Part shown: positions 27,272 to 37,189 of the stretch, in pieces
Layout of the letters: every line of letters begins with the position of its first letter
Numbering within the stretch: position 1 is the first letter of the stretch
Assembly: GCA_902616245.1 (NCBI GenBank)
Contig: CACMSB010000006.1
Location: 2,005 to 66,004, forward strand
Source: an uncultured Pelagibacteraceae bacterium
Lineage (GTDB): Bacteria; Pseudomonadota; Alphaproteobacteria; Pelagibacterales; Pelagibacteraceae
Direction: 5' to 3'
Length of the DNA stretch: 64,000 nt
The notes under the pieces: generated by a model
What the model was told of the DNA's origin: nothing
The model's database searches: none
Seen by the model: the letters and a program-made list of their open reading frames with translations, nothing else
Made by a program: the position numbers and the translations under genes

Positions 27272-28147
27272 TTATTTTTTCTTTTTTAATCTAGCAATTA
27301 AACTTGAGCTATCCCAACGATTTCCACCCATTTTCTGAACTTCAGCATAATAACCATCCACAATTTCAGTTACTGGTACAGGTGAACCATTTCTTTTTGC
27401 TTCTTCAATACATATTTTTAAATCTTTTCTCATCCAATCTACAGCAAATCCATAATCAAATTTATCAGCTACCATAGTTTTATATCTATTTTCCATTTGC
27501 CATGACTGAGCTGCACCTTTTGAAATAGTTTCCATAACTTTATCCATATCTAAACCTGCATTAATTCCAAAATTTACTGCTTCTGATAATCCTTGAACTA
27601 AACCACCAATACACATTTGATTAACCATCTTAGTTAATTGTCCACTACCTGATGGTCCGATTAAAGTTACTTTTTTACTATAACAATCAATTATTGGCTC
27701 TGCTTTTTTAAAATCATTTCCATCGCCACCAACCATGACAGTTAATATCCCACCTTCAGCACCTGATTGTCCTCCAGATATAGGAGCATCTAAAAAACCA
27801 AATCCTTTATCTTTTGCGGCTTTATAAAGTTCTCTAGAAATTTCAGCAGACACAGTTGAATTATCTATATATACGCATCCTTCTTTAGCATTATGAAATA
27901 ACCCATTATCACCTAAAGAGACTTGTCTTAAGTCATCATCATTTCCTACACAAGTAAAAATAAAATCAGCATTTTTAGCAGCTTCAGATGGTGTATCAGC
28001 CATATTACCTTTGTATTCACCAATCCACTTTTCTGCTTTTAATTTTGTTCTGTTAAAAACAGTTACATTATGTCCTGCTTTTGATATATATCCTGCCATT
28101 GGATAACCCATTACACCAAGACCTATGAAAGCAACTTTAGAAGTCAT
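27272..28147 (-). CDS. NAD(P)-dependent beta-hydroxyacid dehydrogenase (3-hydroxyisobutyrate / tartronate semialdehyde reductase family)
   Basis: AFIGLGVMGYPMA, DAPISGGQSGA..G.LTVMVGG, GSGQLTKMVNQ. Confidence 0.88.
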   Translation of the reverse strand: MTSKVAFIGLGVMGYPMAGYISKAGHNVTVFNRTKLKAEKWIGEYKGNMADTPSEAAKNADFIFTCVGNDDDLRQVSLGDNGLFHNAKEGCVYIDNSTVSAEISRELYKAAKDKGFGFLDAPISGGQSGAEGGILTVMVGGDGNDFKKAEPIIDCYSKKVTLIGPSGSGQLTKMVNQMCIGGLVQGLSEAVNFGINAGLDMDKVMETISKGAAQSWQMENRYKTMVADKFDYGFAVDWMRKDLKICIEEAKRNGSPVPVTEIVDGYYAEVQKMGGNRWDSSSLIARLKKKK

Positions 28148-28155
28148 ATTTTTTT

Positions 28156-29364
28156 ATGTTTAAAAATTTAAGTTTAAAAGTAATTGTATTTGGTTTTATA
28201 TTTACATTTTTTTCAAGTTTTGGACAGAGTTTTTTTCTTGGAATATTCAATACAAGTATAAGAGAGACACTCTCGATAACTCATGGACAATTTGGCTCAA
28301 TATATGCATCTGCAACATTGTGCAGTAGTTTACTACTAATATGGGTTGGAAAGAAAATTGACGATATAAATATTTTCCGATTTGCAATCTATGTAACATT
28401 ACTTTTATCTTTTTCTTGTTTTTTCTTTTCAAAAATTTCATCAATCATTTTTTTATTCATTGCAATTTTTTTAATGAGATTTTCAGGACAGGGAATGATG
28501 TCTCATACTGCAACAACAACAGTTTCAAGATATTTCACAATATCAAGGGGTAGGGCGTTAAGTATTTGCTGGTTCGGTTTATCTAGTGCTGAATTTATTT
28601 TACCTGTTTTAATGGTATTCTTGTTGTCATTAACCTCTTGGCAAAATATTTGGACAGTAATTGCTTTATTAATTTTAATATTTTTACCGATAGCATCGTT
28701 CTTTTTAGTTCGAACTGTTAAACTTGATACAAGAGAAAGCACTGGAGGTGAAGAATTTAAAGAGGAAAATATTAAGCAATGGAAAAGAATTGAAGTAATA
28801 AAAGATTATAAATTTTATATCGTAAGCATGAATATGCTTGCTATGCCTTGGATTGCAACTGGTGTATTTGTTTATCAGTCATTTATAACTGAGTCAAAAA
28901 ACTGGGGACCATTTGTAATTGCGCAGTCTTTTATGTCTTATTCAGTATTTTCAGTAATTACACTTTTAATATCTGGTTTTTTAATTGATAAATTCACAAG
29001 TCGAAAACTTTTAATTTTTATGAATATTCCTTTATTTCTGTCGACTTTTGTAATTATTTATTTTGATGCACAATTTACTGCATTTATATTTCTAGGTTTA
29101 ATTGGAATATCAAATGGTTTGGCAAACGTTTTGGGATCTTCCACTTGGGCTGAGGTTTATGGTGTAAAGCATATTGGATCTATTAAAGCTTTGACCACTG
29201 CACTTATGGTTTTTTCAACAGCTTTCGGAACTGCTCTTTTTGGTATTTTAATTGATATCGGATTTTCAATTGAGAAAATTGCTATAATATCTGCACTTTA
29301 TATACTTATTTCTTTTATTCTTCTTTTTTTAGTTAGAAAAAAATTAAACCCAATTTTAGTATAA
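28156..29364 (+). CDS. MFS transporter
   Basis: About 12 TM segments; SSFGQSFF, GKKID, RFSGQG, GFLIDKF, YG.KHIGSI. Confidence 0.88.
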   Translation: MFKNLSLKVIVFGFIFTFFSSFGQSFFLGIFNTSIRETLSITHGQFGSIYASATLCSSLLLIWVGKKIDDINIFRFAIYVTLLLSFSCFFFSKISSIIFLFIAIFLMRFSGQGMMSHTATTTVSRYFTISRGRALSICWFGLSSAEFILPVLMVFLLSLTSWQNIWTVIALLILIFLPIASFFLVRTVKLDTRESTGGEEFKEENIKQWKRIEVIKDYKFYIVSMNMLAMPWIATGVFVYQSFITESKNWGPFVIAQSFMSYSVFSVITLLISGFLIDKFTSRKLLIFMNIPLFLSTFVIIYFDAQFTAFIFLGLIGISNGLANVLGSSTWAEVYGVKHIGSIKALTTALMVFSTAFGTALFGILIDIGFSIEKIAIISALYILISFILLFLVRKKLNPILV

Positions 29365-29405
29365 AATACTTGATTTTGTTGATCTTGGAGTATATTTAAT
29401 CGCCC

Positions 29406-29933
29406 ATGGCAAGAGTTACCGTTGAAGACTGTATAGACAAAGTAGATAGCCCTTATGAATTAGTTTTGGTTGCTAAAGAAAGAGCTACTCAACTTAATTC
29501 AGGAATTGAACCTACATTAGATAGAGATAACGACAAACACACAGTTATTGCTTTGAGAGAAATAGCTGAAGAAACAATTAAAGTTCCAGATTTAACAGAA
29601 GCTGCAGTTTACAAACTAAGAAAACATGTAGAACAAATTGATGATACTGCTGAAGAAGATGAAGATATTGGTGATGATTTTGAGAATTTGTACAAAGGTG
29701 AAATATCAAAAAGTGGTGTACCAATTCTTCCTTCGAAAAGAGCTAGGAAAATTCCTGAAAAAATTCAAGTTTCAAAAGAAGATCTTGCTGAATTATCACC
29801 ATCAGCTCAACCTGATGTTAATGTAGAAGCTCCAAGCGAAGCTGAAGAAAGTGATGATGTTTCACTAGATCAAGTTTCAGAAGCAGAAGAACAAGTTTCA
29901 GACAACGTAAACGAAGAAGAAAATAATTCTTAA
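29406..29933 (+). CDS. rpoZ: RNA polymerase omega subunit with long acidic C-terminal tail
   Basis: [26 protein letters not shown]...[13 protein letters not shown]. Confidence 0.95.
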   Translation: MARVTVEDCIDKVDSPYELVLVAKERATQLNSGIEPTLDRDNDKHTVIALREIAEETIKVPDLTEAAVYKLRKHVEQIDDTAEEDEDIGDDFENLYKGEISKSGVPILPSKRARKIPEKIQVSKEDLAELSPSAQPDVNVEAPSEAEESDDVSLDQVSEAEEQVSDNVNEEENNS

Positions 29934-31076
29934 TTAAGAAAACTCTTTTAGTATTTTTTCCCTGTGTTCATCAAGATCAGGAATGTCCCCTCTAGTACTT
30001 TTATCCTCGTATGAAGACATTTTTATGGGATTTCCTGCCAATCTAAAATCACCAACTACTTTATGATAGGCTTTAACAATCATGTTTCTTGCTTCGACTT
30101 GAGGATTTTCTACCGCTTCTTTAATATTAAATATCGGTCCACAAGGTATCCTTAATTTTTCCATTTCACTTACCCATTCAGAAGTATTTTTTGAAGATAG
30201 TTTATCTTCAAAAATTGATTTAAGTTCATTCATATTTTCACATCTGAGCGAATTAGTGTTAAATCTTTTATCACTGACCATTTCAGGTATTCCTAATACT
30301 TCACAAAGTTTTTCAAATAATTTATCGTTACCTGCAGCAATGATTATATAACTATCTTTTGTTTTAAATGCCTCAAAAGGAGCGATTGAAGGATGTCTAG
30401 ATCCCATCGGTTTAGGAATTTCATTTTTAGACAAATATCTTGCAATTGCATTTTCTAAAATCGCAATCTGGCAGTCTAACATTGAAACATCTATAAACAT
30501 TCCCTTACCTGTTTTTTGTCTATCATACAAAGCTGCATTAATTCCGATTGCAGTAAAAAGGCCTGCTGTAATATCACCAATTGATGTTCCAACTCTTGTT
30601 GGTTCACTATTTGGATGACCTGTAACACTCATCAGTCCACCCATTCCCTGAACGACCATGTCATAAGCCGGTAATTCTTTTAAAGGTCCAGTTTGACCAA
30701 AACCAGATGCAGATGCATAGATTAATTTTGGATATTTTTTGCTTACATCTTTCCAACCATATCCCCATTTTTCTAAAGTACCTGGTTTAAAATTTTCTAC
30801 TAAAATATCTGCTTTTGCTAAAATTTTATCAAAGATTTTTTTATCATCTTCATTTTTTAAATTAAGAGCAATACTTTCTTTTCCTCTGTTAAGTGACATA
30901 AAATATGCTGAATAGTCTTTTACAAAAGGTCCAAACTTTCTTGAATCGTCACCAATTTCTGGTGCTTCTACTTTAATTACACGTGCACCGAGATCAGATA
31001 AAATCATTGTACAATATGGACCTACTAAAACCCTAGTAAGATCAACAACTAATAAATTTTTTAAAGGACCATCCAT
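29934..31076 (-). CDS. Family III (CaiB/BaiF) CoA-transferase, YfdE/UctC-like
   Basis: DLTRVLVGPYCT..LSDLGARVIKVE, GDDSR.FGPF, NRGKES, ENFKPG, SGFGQTGP...PAYD, VGTSIGD with catalytic Asp, GNPIK...LDEH.E.I..EFS. Confidence 0.9.
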   Translation of the reverse strand: MDGPLKNLLVVDLTRVLVGPYCTMILSDLGARVIKVEAPEIGDDSRKFGPFVKDYSAYFMSLNRGKESIALNLKNEDDKKIFDKILAKADILVENFKPGTLEKWGYGWKDVSKKYPKLIYASASGFGQTGPLKELPAYDMVVQGMGGLMSVTGHPNSEPTRVGTSIGDITAGLFTAIGINAALYDRQKTGKGMFIDVSMLDCQIAILENAIARYLSKNEIPKPMGSRHPSIAPFEAFKTKDSYIIIAAGNDKLFEKLCEVLGIPEMVSDKRFNTNSLRCENMNELKSIFEDKLSSKNTSEWVSEMEKLRIPCGPIFNIKEAVENPQVEARNMIVKAYHKVVGDFRLAGNPIKMSSYEDKSTRGDIPDLDEHREKILKEFS

Positions 31077-31099
31077 AATAAGTACGTCATTTCCTTATA

Positions 31100-31128
31100 T
31101 TGACTCTTCTGCTCAAGTTCAATTTAAT
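31100..31128 (+). promoter_or_regulatory. Candidate sigma70 promoter for the TRAP-MCD operon
   Basis: TTGACT (31100-31105), 17-bp spacer, TTTAAT (31123-31128); AGGGG SD before ATG 31159. Confidence 0.6.
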
Positions 31129-31158
31129 ATCAACATTATAAATAAAAAGGGGAAAACT

Positions 31159-32169
31159 ATGTTAAGAAAAATAACATTATATTTGTCTTCAATAATTATA
31201 GCTTTTTCAATAGTAGGATCTGCATACGCAGTTACATTAAAAGCAAGTCACCAATGGCCAGGTACACCAAGAGCTGATGGCTCTTTTGACCCACGTCATG
31301 AAATGGTACAAATTATTGCTGATGAAGTAAAAAAAGCAAACGTTGATTTAGAAATTAGAATTTATCCAGCTAAGTCACTTTATAAGCCAAAAGAACAGTG
31401 GAAACCTATGACTACAGGTCAATTAGATATTTCTGCTTTCCCATTAGCCTATGCATCAAAATTCCATCCAGAGTTTGATGCTACATTAATGCCAGGAACT
31501 GTAAAAAATCATGAGCATGCATTGAGATTTAATAAAGGTCCAATGATGACTGAGATTAAAAAAATTATCAGTGATGCTGGTGTTGTAGTACTATCTGATG
31601 CATGGTTAGGTGGTGGTTTCGCATCAAAAACTAAATGTATCAAAAATCCAAGTGATGCTAAAGGACAGGTGATGAGAGCTGCAGGAAAAGCTTTCAACCA
31701 AATGTTAGAAGCTGCTGGTGCAGGTATTCAAAGTATGCCATCATCTGAAATTTATACTGGATTACAAACTGGTGTATTAACAGGTGCAAATACTAGTTCA
31801 GGAAGTTTTGTGAGTTACAAAATATATGAACAAGTAAAATGTGCAACTCCTCCAGGAAAATTTGGTTTATGGTTTATGTATGAGCCAATTTTAATGTCTA
31901 AGAAAAGCTACAATGCTTTAAATTCTAGCCAACAAGTGGCTTTAATGAAAGCAGGTAAAGTTGCTGAGAAATATATGACAGCTCAAGTAGAAAACTTAGA
32001 TAAAAAGTTTGAGGAAGCATACAAAGCTGCAGGTGTTAAATTAGTGTATATGGATGCTGATGATCATGCTGCATGGGTTGATATTGCAATAAAATCATCT
32101 CACAAAGCTTTTGCTGAAAAAGTTCCAGGTGGCGATAAGCTAATGGAAATGGCTTTAGCAGTTAAATAA
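31159..32169 (+). CDS. dctP: TRAP transporter substrate-binding protein (DctP family, MatP-like)
   Basis: Signal peptide, LKASHQWP, conserved carboxylate-binding Arg in MRAAG, SSEIYTGLQTG; followed by dctQ and dctM. Confidence 0.9.
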   Translation: MLRKITLYLSSIIIAFSIVGSAYAVTLKASHQWPGTPRADGSFDPRHEMVQIIADEVKKANVDLEIRIYPAKSLYKPKEQWKPMTTGQLDISAFPLAYASKFHPEFDATLMPGTVKNHEHALRFNKGPMMTEIKKIISDAGVVVLSDAWLGGGFASKTKCIKNPSDAKGQVMRAAGKAFNQMLEAAGAGIQSMPSSEIYTGLQTGVLTGANTSSGSFVSYKIYEQVKCATPPGKFGLWFMYEPILMSKKSYNALNSSQQVALMKAGKVAEKYMTAQVENLDKKFEEAYKAAGVKLVYMDADDHAAWVDIAIKSSHKAFAEKVPGGDKLMEMALAVK

Positions 32170-32183
32170 AATAATATATAAAG

Positions 32184-32220
32184 AACCCCTATTTATTCTC
32201 TGTAAGTAGGGGTTTTTTTT
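32184..32220 (+). terminator. Intrinsic-terminator-like hairpin with U-tract abutting the dctQ start codon
   Basis: AACCCCTATTTA-TTCTCTG-TAAGTAGGGGTT (12-bp stem, one G:U), then T-run to 32220 and ATG at 32221. Confidence 0.7.
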
Positions 32221-32715
32221 ATGAAAGAAAAATACTTAAAATTCTGTGATTATGTTGCAAGAGCTTGTGGAGCTTTTGCAGTTCTAGCTTTACTGTTATC
32301 AATTCTTGTAATTGTAGAATTAGTTTTTGAAAGATACTTTTTTCAAAGAGCAATAACATGGCAAACTGAGCTAGTTACAATGCTTCTAGTTGCTTCAACA
32401 TTTATTGGAAGTGCATATGTTTTAAGTGAGAAAGCTCATGTGAGTATGGAGTGGATCTATGATTTCTTATCAAAAAAAAATATATTAAGACTTAAAATTT
32501 TTACCTCATTAGTCAGTTTATTATTCTTCTTAATTTTATTCTATTTTGGTTTTTTAATGGTTGAGGAAGCGTTTACTAAAAATTACTCAACAGGAACGGT
32601 TTGGGATCCTCCATTGTGGGTACCATATTCGTCAATGATGATAGGTGCTGCATTAATGATTTTACAATATATAGCAGAAATTATTAAGCTTACAGACGAA
32701 AAGGATACTAACTAA
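32221..32715 (+). CDS. dctQ: TRAP transporter small permease
   Basis: 4 TM; RYFF....WQTEL, GSAYVL...AHVSM, PLWVPY. Confidence 0.9.
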   Translation: MKEKYLKFCDYVARACGAFAVLALLLSILVIVELVFERYFFQRAITWQTELVTMLLVASTFIGSAYVLSEKAHVSMEWIYDFLSKKNILRLKIFTSLVSLLFFLILFYFGFLMVEEAFTKNYSTGTVWDPPLWVPYSSMMIGAALMILQYIAEIIKLTDEKDTN

Positions 32716-34046
32716 TGGATCCATTAATAATTGCAATAATTGTTGCTGTTTTTACTTTGATAGTATTATTTTCCGGAATACCAATTGCTTTTGGTTTAAG
32801 CTTTGTATCAATAGCTCTTTTAGTTGCTTTCGAAGGTTTCCAAATGCTAGATGTTTTTGCTGAAACTTTCTATGCGGGATTAAATTCGTTTGTCCTACTT
32901 TCAATACCAATGTTTATATTAATGGGGATGGCAGTTGCTAATTCCCCAGCAGGAAAAGATTTATATACAGGATTGGACAGATGGTTATGGAGAGTACCTG
33001 GAGGTTTGGTTATTTCTAATATAGGAGCTTGTTCAATCTTTGCTGCACTAAGTGGATCAAGTCCCGCAACCTGTGCTGCAATTGGTACCATGGGAATTCC
33101 TGAAATGAGAAAAAGAGGATATTCAGATCAAATTGCAACAGGAACTATAGCAGCTGGTGGAACTTTAGGAGTATTAATTCCTCCAAGCATTGTTTTAATT
33201 GTTTATGGAATTGCAACTGGAACATCTATTGGAAGATTATTTTTAAGTGGATTGATACCTGGATTTATGCTTGCAGGCATGTTTGCTATTTGGGCACTTA
33301 TACACAGTTATTTTATAGATAAAGACTCAGCTAAAGCTTTAAAGAATAGAACGCCTCCAACTTTTAAAGAAAAAATTGAAGTTCTGCCAAGAATACTTCC
33401 TTTCTTAGCAATCATTGCTGGTGTTTTATATGTTTTATATGGTGGTGTTGCTACTCCTTCAGAGGCTTCAGGGGTTGGAGCCTTTTTAGTTTTTGTTTTG
33501 ATTGCAGTCGTCTACAAGATTTATCAACCAAAAAAAATATGGAATATTGTTAAAGTTTCAATGAAAGAAAGCGTAATGATAATGTTTATAATCGCAGCTT
33601 CTTATCTTTTTGCATTTACATTATCACAACTTTACGTAACTCAATCATTAGCTCAAAGTATGGTAGAGATGAGCTCTAATAAATGGGTAGTATTTATTTT
33701 AATAAATATATTTCTTTTGATTGCAGGTTTCTTTTTACCCCCTGTTGCCGTAATTGTTATGACTTCAGCAATATTATTGCCAGTTATAACTCAACTGGGA
33801 TTTGATCCGTACTGGTTTGCAATTGTATTTACAATTAATATGGAAATTGGTCTTATAACTCCACCCGTTGGATTAAACCTTTATATAATAAAGGGTATAA
33901 CACCTGATGTTAGTTTGTCAGAAATTTTAAAGGGATCTATACCATTTATGATAATTATGGCTTTAGCTATACTTATTTTGTGTATTTTTCCTGAGATTGT
34001 GACCTGGTTACCTGACAAAATAATGGGTAAAAGTTTAGGTTTTTAA
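32715..34046 (+). CDS. dctM: TRAP transporter large permease
   Basis: LLSIPMFILMG, FAALSGSSPAT, AAGGTLGVLIPPS, TPSEAS, LITPPVGLNL. Confidence 0.95.
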   Translation: MDPLIIAIIVAVFTLIVLFSGIPIAFGLSFVSIALLVAFEGFQMLDVFAETFYAGLNSFVLLSIPMFILMGMAVANSPAGKDLYTGLDRWLWRVPGGLVISNIGACSIFAALSGSSPATCAAIGTMGIPEMRKRGYSDQIATGTIAAGGTLGVLIPPSIVLIVYGIATGTSIGRLFLSGLIPGFMLAGMFAIWALIHSYFIDKDSAKALKNRTPPTFKEKIEVLPRILPFLAIIAGVLYVLYGGVATPSEASGVGAFLVFVLIAVVYKIYQPKKIWNIVKVSMKESVMIMFIIAASYLFAFTLSQLYVTQSLAQSMVEMSSNKWVVFILINIFLLIAGFFLPPVAVIVMTSAILLPVITQLGFDPYWFAIVFTINMEIGLITPPVGLNLYIIKGITPDVSLSEILKGSIPFMIIMALAILILCIFPEIVTWLPDKIMGKSLGF

Positions 34047-34061
34047 TATATAAAAAACACA

Positions 34062-35369
34062 ATGCTAAATATAAAAAGAATATTCGAGACAATTGCTGAT
34101 GCTGGTCAAAAAATTTTAGAGAAAAAATCATTAAAAAAATTCTCTAAAAAAAGAGATTTGATTGAGCTATGTGATGACCTGTTATCATCAAAAGGAGCAG
34201 CTTTTGGAATTACATTAGCAAGAGATGTCTTGTTTAGGTATCATAACTTGTCTTACGATGAAAAATTAAAATTCTTATTACAAGTTAATGAAAAATATAA
34301 ACCAAATTCAGATAGCATAGATGAGGCAATAAAAGATTATAGTCAAAACAAAAATAGTAGGTCAATTTTAAATTTATCAAGAATATCATCAGGTAAACGA
34401 AAAGAATTATTTAAAAGATTAAATATGGCACCAAATGGTACACCAGAAATAGTTTCTTTAAGAGAGGATTTACAAACTTTTCTAATTAAAAATCCAGAAT
34501 TAAAAGATTTAGACTATGATCTCATAGATATCTTTAAAAATTGGTTTAATCCTGGATTTTTAAAATTAAGAAAAATTACATGGGATACTAAAGCAGCAAT
34601 ATTAGAAAAATTACTAAAATATGAGAAAGTTCATTCAATGAAAGATATGAATGAATTAAAAATTAGACTTGGAGAAAATAGAAGATTTTTTGCTTATTTT
34701 CACCCTGCTTTAGATGAAGAACCAATTATTTTTGTTGAGATTGCATTAACCAAAGGTTTGGCTAAGTCCATTCAAGAGTTGACACGACCTAATAATGAGA
34801 AAAAAGAAAATTATGACACCGCAACATTTTATTCAATTAGCAACTGTCAAGAGGGACTATCTAGGGTTACTTTAGGAAATTTTTTAATTAAAAGAGTAGT
34901 CTATGAGTTGCAAGAAGAATTAACTGATGTAAAGAATTTTGGAACACTCTCTCCAATGATAGGTTTTGCCGATTGGGTTAAGTCTTTAGATAATGAAAAA
35001 TTAGGAGAAATAGTTAAAAAAGAAAACTTTCCTAAAGTTGAATTTCTAAAATCATTAGGATTAAAAATTGGAGATAGAAAATTTATAGACAATAAAGATT
35101 TACTTACAAAAATTGCTCTAAATTATTTAGCTATTCAAAAAAATGATCTAGGTTTTCCAATTAATGATGTTTGTAGATTTCATCTAAACAACGGTGCAGA
35201 AATTGACGATATTGTAATAAATGCAAATGTGTCCGATGTAGGTTTTAAAAGATCATTTGGAATAATGGTTAATTACAAATATGAACTTGGAAAAATTGAG
35301 CAAAATCATCAAGAGTATGTAAACGAAAAAAAAATTAATTTATCAAGTAAACTTAAAAAATATGTCTAG
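34062..35369 (+). CDS. Malonyl-CoA decarboxylase (MatA/MLYCD type)
   Basis: WFNPGFLKLRKITW, YEKVH, RRFFAYFHP, IFVEIAL, FYSISNCQ.GL..VTLGNFLIKRVV, TLSP..GF, VCRFHLNNGA, GIMVNY.Y. Confidence 0.93.
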   Translation: MLNIKRIFETIADAGQKILEKKSLKKFSKKRDLIELCDDLLSSKGAAFGITLARDVLFRYHNLSYDEKLKFLLQVNEKYKPNSDSIDEAIKDYSQNKNSRSILNLSRISSGKRKELFKRLNMAPNGTPEIVSLREDLQTFLIKNPELKDLDYDLIDIFKNWFNPGFLKLRKITWDTKAAILEKLLKYEKVHSMKDMNELKIRLGENRRFFAYFHPALDEEPIIFVEIALTKGLAKSIQELTRPNNEKKENYDTATFYSISNCQEGLSRVTLGNFLIKRVVYELQEELTDVKNFGTLSPMIGFADWVKSLDNEKLGEIVKKENFPKVEFLKSLGLKIGDRKFIDNKDLLTKIALNYLAIQKNDLGFPINDVCRFHLNNGAEIDDIVINANVSDVGFKRSFGIMVNYKYELGKIEQNHQEYVNEKKINLSSKLKKYV

Positions 35370-36363
35370 ATTAAATAGAACTGTTTCTGTTGCTCCAATG
35401 ATGGATTGCACAGACAAACATGAAAGATTTTTCTTAAGATTAATCAGTAAAAATGTTCTTCTCTATACTGAAATGATTGTCTCAGAAGCTATTGATAGAG
35501 GAGATAAAAAGAAACTATTAGAATTTGATATGAGGGAAAAACCTGTTGCTCTGCAACTTGGTGGTTCTTCTCCAAAACTATTAGGAAATGCAGCATATTT
35601 AGGTGAAGAATTTGGTTATGATGAAATAAATTTAAATTTAGGTTGTCCAAGTAAAAAAGTTCAGAAAAATAGATTTGGGGCTTGTTTAATTCAAGAACCT
35701 AATCTTGTTGCTGATTGTCTAAGTGAAATGATTTCAAAAACATCAATTCCTGTAACAGTTAAAACTAGAATTGGATATGACAATGTTGATCAATACGAAA
35801 ATTTATATAATTTTGTGAATATTTTAAAAGAAACAGGTGTTAAAACTTTTATAATTCATGCCAGAAAAGCAATGTTAGGAAAATTTACACCTAAACAAAA
35901 TTTAAATATTCCACCTTTGAAATATGAATATGTAAATAGATTGAAAAAAGATTTTAAAGATTTAGAAATAATAATTAATGGAGGAATAACGTCTACTGAT
36001 CAAATCAAAGAACATTTAGATAATGTAGATGGTGTGATGATTGGAAGGTCAATTTATCATTCCCCTTACATGTTAGCAGATATTGAGAACCAAATTTTTA
36101 ATAATAGTGAAATTTTGACAAGACAAGAAGTTGTTGAGAAACTAATTAAGTATGTAAAAGAAGAAATTAAAAAAGGTACAAGATTAAATCAAATCATGAG
36201 ACATACTCTTGGTTTATTCCATGGACAAACAGGTTCTAGTTTTTGGAAAAGATATTTAAGTGAAAATATGTGTGTAAGAGACGCCGATGTTAAGAAAATT
36301 GATCACATAATGGATAAAGTAAAATTTAATCCACAAAGTATATCGGCAGGGCAAATTGAATAA
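35362..36363 (+). CDS. dusA: tRNA dihydrouridine(20/20a) synthase
   Basis: SVAPMMD.TD, LYTEM, ALQLGGS, NLNLGCPS..VQ..RFGACL, IHARKA, NGGI, GVMIGR. Confidence 0.95.
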   Translation: MSRLNRTVSVAPMMDCTDKHERFFLRLISKNVLLYTEMIVSEAIDRGDKKKLLEFDMREKPVALQLGGSSPKLLGNAAYLGEEFGYDEINLNLGCPSKKVQKNRFGACLIQEPNLVADCLSEMISKTSIPVTVKTRIGYDNVDQYENLYNFVNILKETGVKTFIIHARKAMLGKFTPKQNLNIPPLKYEYVNRLKKDFKDLEIIINGGITSTDQIKEHLDNVDGVMIGRSIYHSPYMLADIENQIFNNSEILTRQEVVEKLIKYVKEEIKKGTRLNQIMRHTLGLFHGQTGSSFWKRYLSENMCVRDADVKKIDHIMDKVKFNPQSISAGQIE

Positions 36364-37189
36364 TACTCTTTTAGAGATTAATAATATTTATTTTATTTTT
36401 TTAATGATGGCAGCCGCTGTTCCGGTTGGTTTTTTTGCAGGTTTTTTTGGTATCGGAGGAGGATTAATTTCAGTTCCATTTTTATTTTTTGTATTTGAAG
36501 CATTTGACGTTGATAAAGATTATTTAATGCATTTATCTGTAGGGACAGCTTTTTCAATAACAATTCTAACTGCTACAGCATCAGTATTAACTCACAGAAA
36601 ATATAATGCTGTTGATTTTAATATTATTAAAAATTATGGAACATTTGTAATAATTGGAGTTTTCTCTGGAACATTGATGGCGGCATTGATGAATACTAAA
36701 ACATTGTTATTTTTTTTTTCTGCAGTTGTTTACTTTTTTGGAGCTTACTTGTTGTTACAAAGTGAAAAGAAAAAAAAAATTAAAAAAAAATTTAATATTT
36801 TTCCTAGAATAATATTTGGATTTTTGTCAGGATTAATATCTGCTCCTATGGGCATAACAGGTGCTATGATGAATGTTCCTATACTAAGATATTTTGGTTA
36901 TCCAATTAACTTAGCAATAGGAAGCTCTGCAGCCATTGGATTTATAATAGCTTTATTTGGATCAATTGGATTTTTTACATCTGGTTTGATGTTAAAAGCT
37001 GATATCCCACTAAGTATAGGGTTTATTAATATACCTGCGTTTATAATATTTGTTCCAATAACAACATTCATGGCAAGGATCGGAGCAAAAACAGTTCAAG
37101 ACCTAGATAGAGTTAAAACACAGAGATTATTCGGTGTTTTTTTATATGTTATTGGTACTTTATTTTTATATAGATTTTTAGTGACCTAG
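36356..37189 (+). CDS. TauE/SafE-family membrane protein (sulfite exporter-like)
   Basis: GFFAGFFGIGGGLI.VP, SVGTA, AIGSSAA, GA......L...FG; TTG start overlapping the dusA stop. Confidence 0.85.
   Translation: MNNTLLEINNIYFIFLMMAAAVPVGFFAGFFGIGGGLISVPFLFFVFEAFDVDKDYLMHLSVGTAFSITILTATASVLTHRKYNAVDFNIIKNYGTFVIIGVFSGTLMAALMNTKTLLFFFSAVVYFFGAYLLLQSEKKKKIKKKFNIFPRIIFGFLSGLISAPMGITGAMMNVPILRYFGYPINLAIGSSAAIGFIIALFGSIGFFTSGLMLKADIPLSIGFINIPAFIIFVPITTFMARIGAKTVQDLDRVKTQRLFGVFLYVIGTLFLYRFLVT

Noticed and set aside
29934-35400. dusA-associated integrative element carrying the TRAP/MCD block
   Set aside because: dusA is a known integration hotspot, but there is no integrase or att repeat, and the MCD stop overlaps an intact dusA start.
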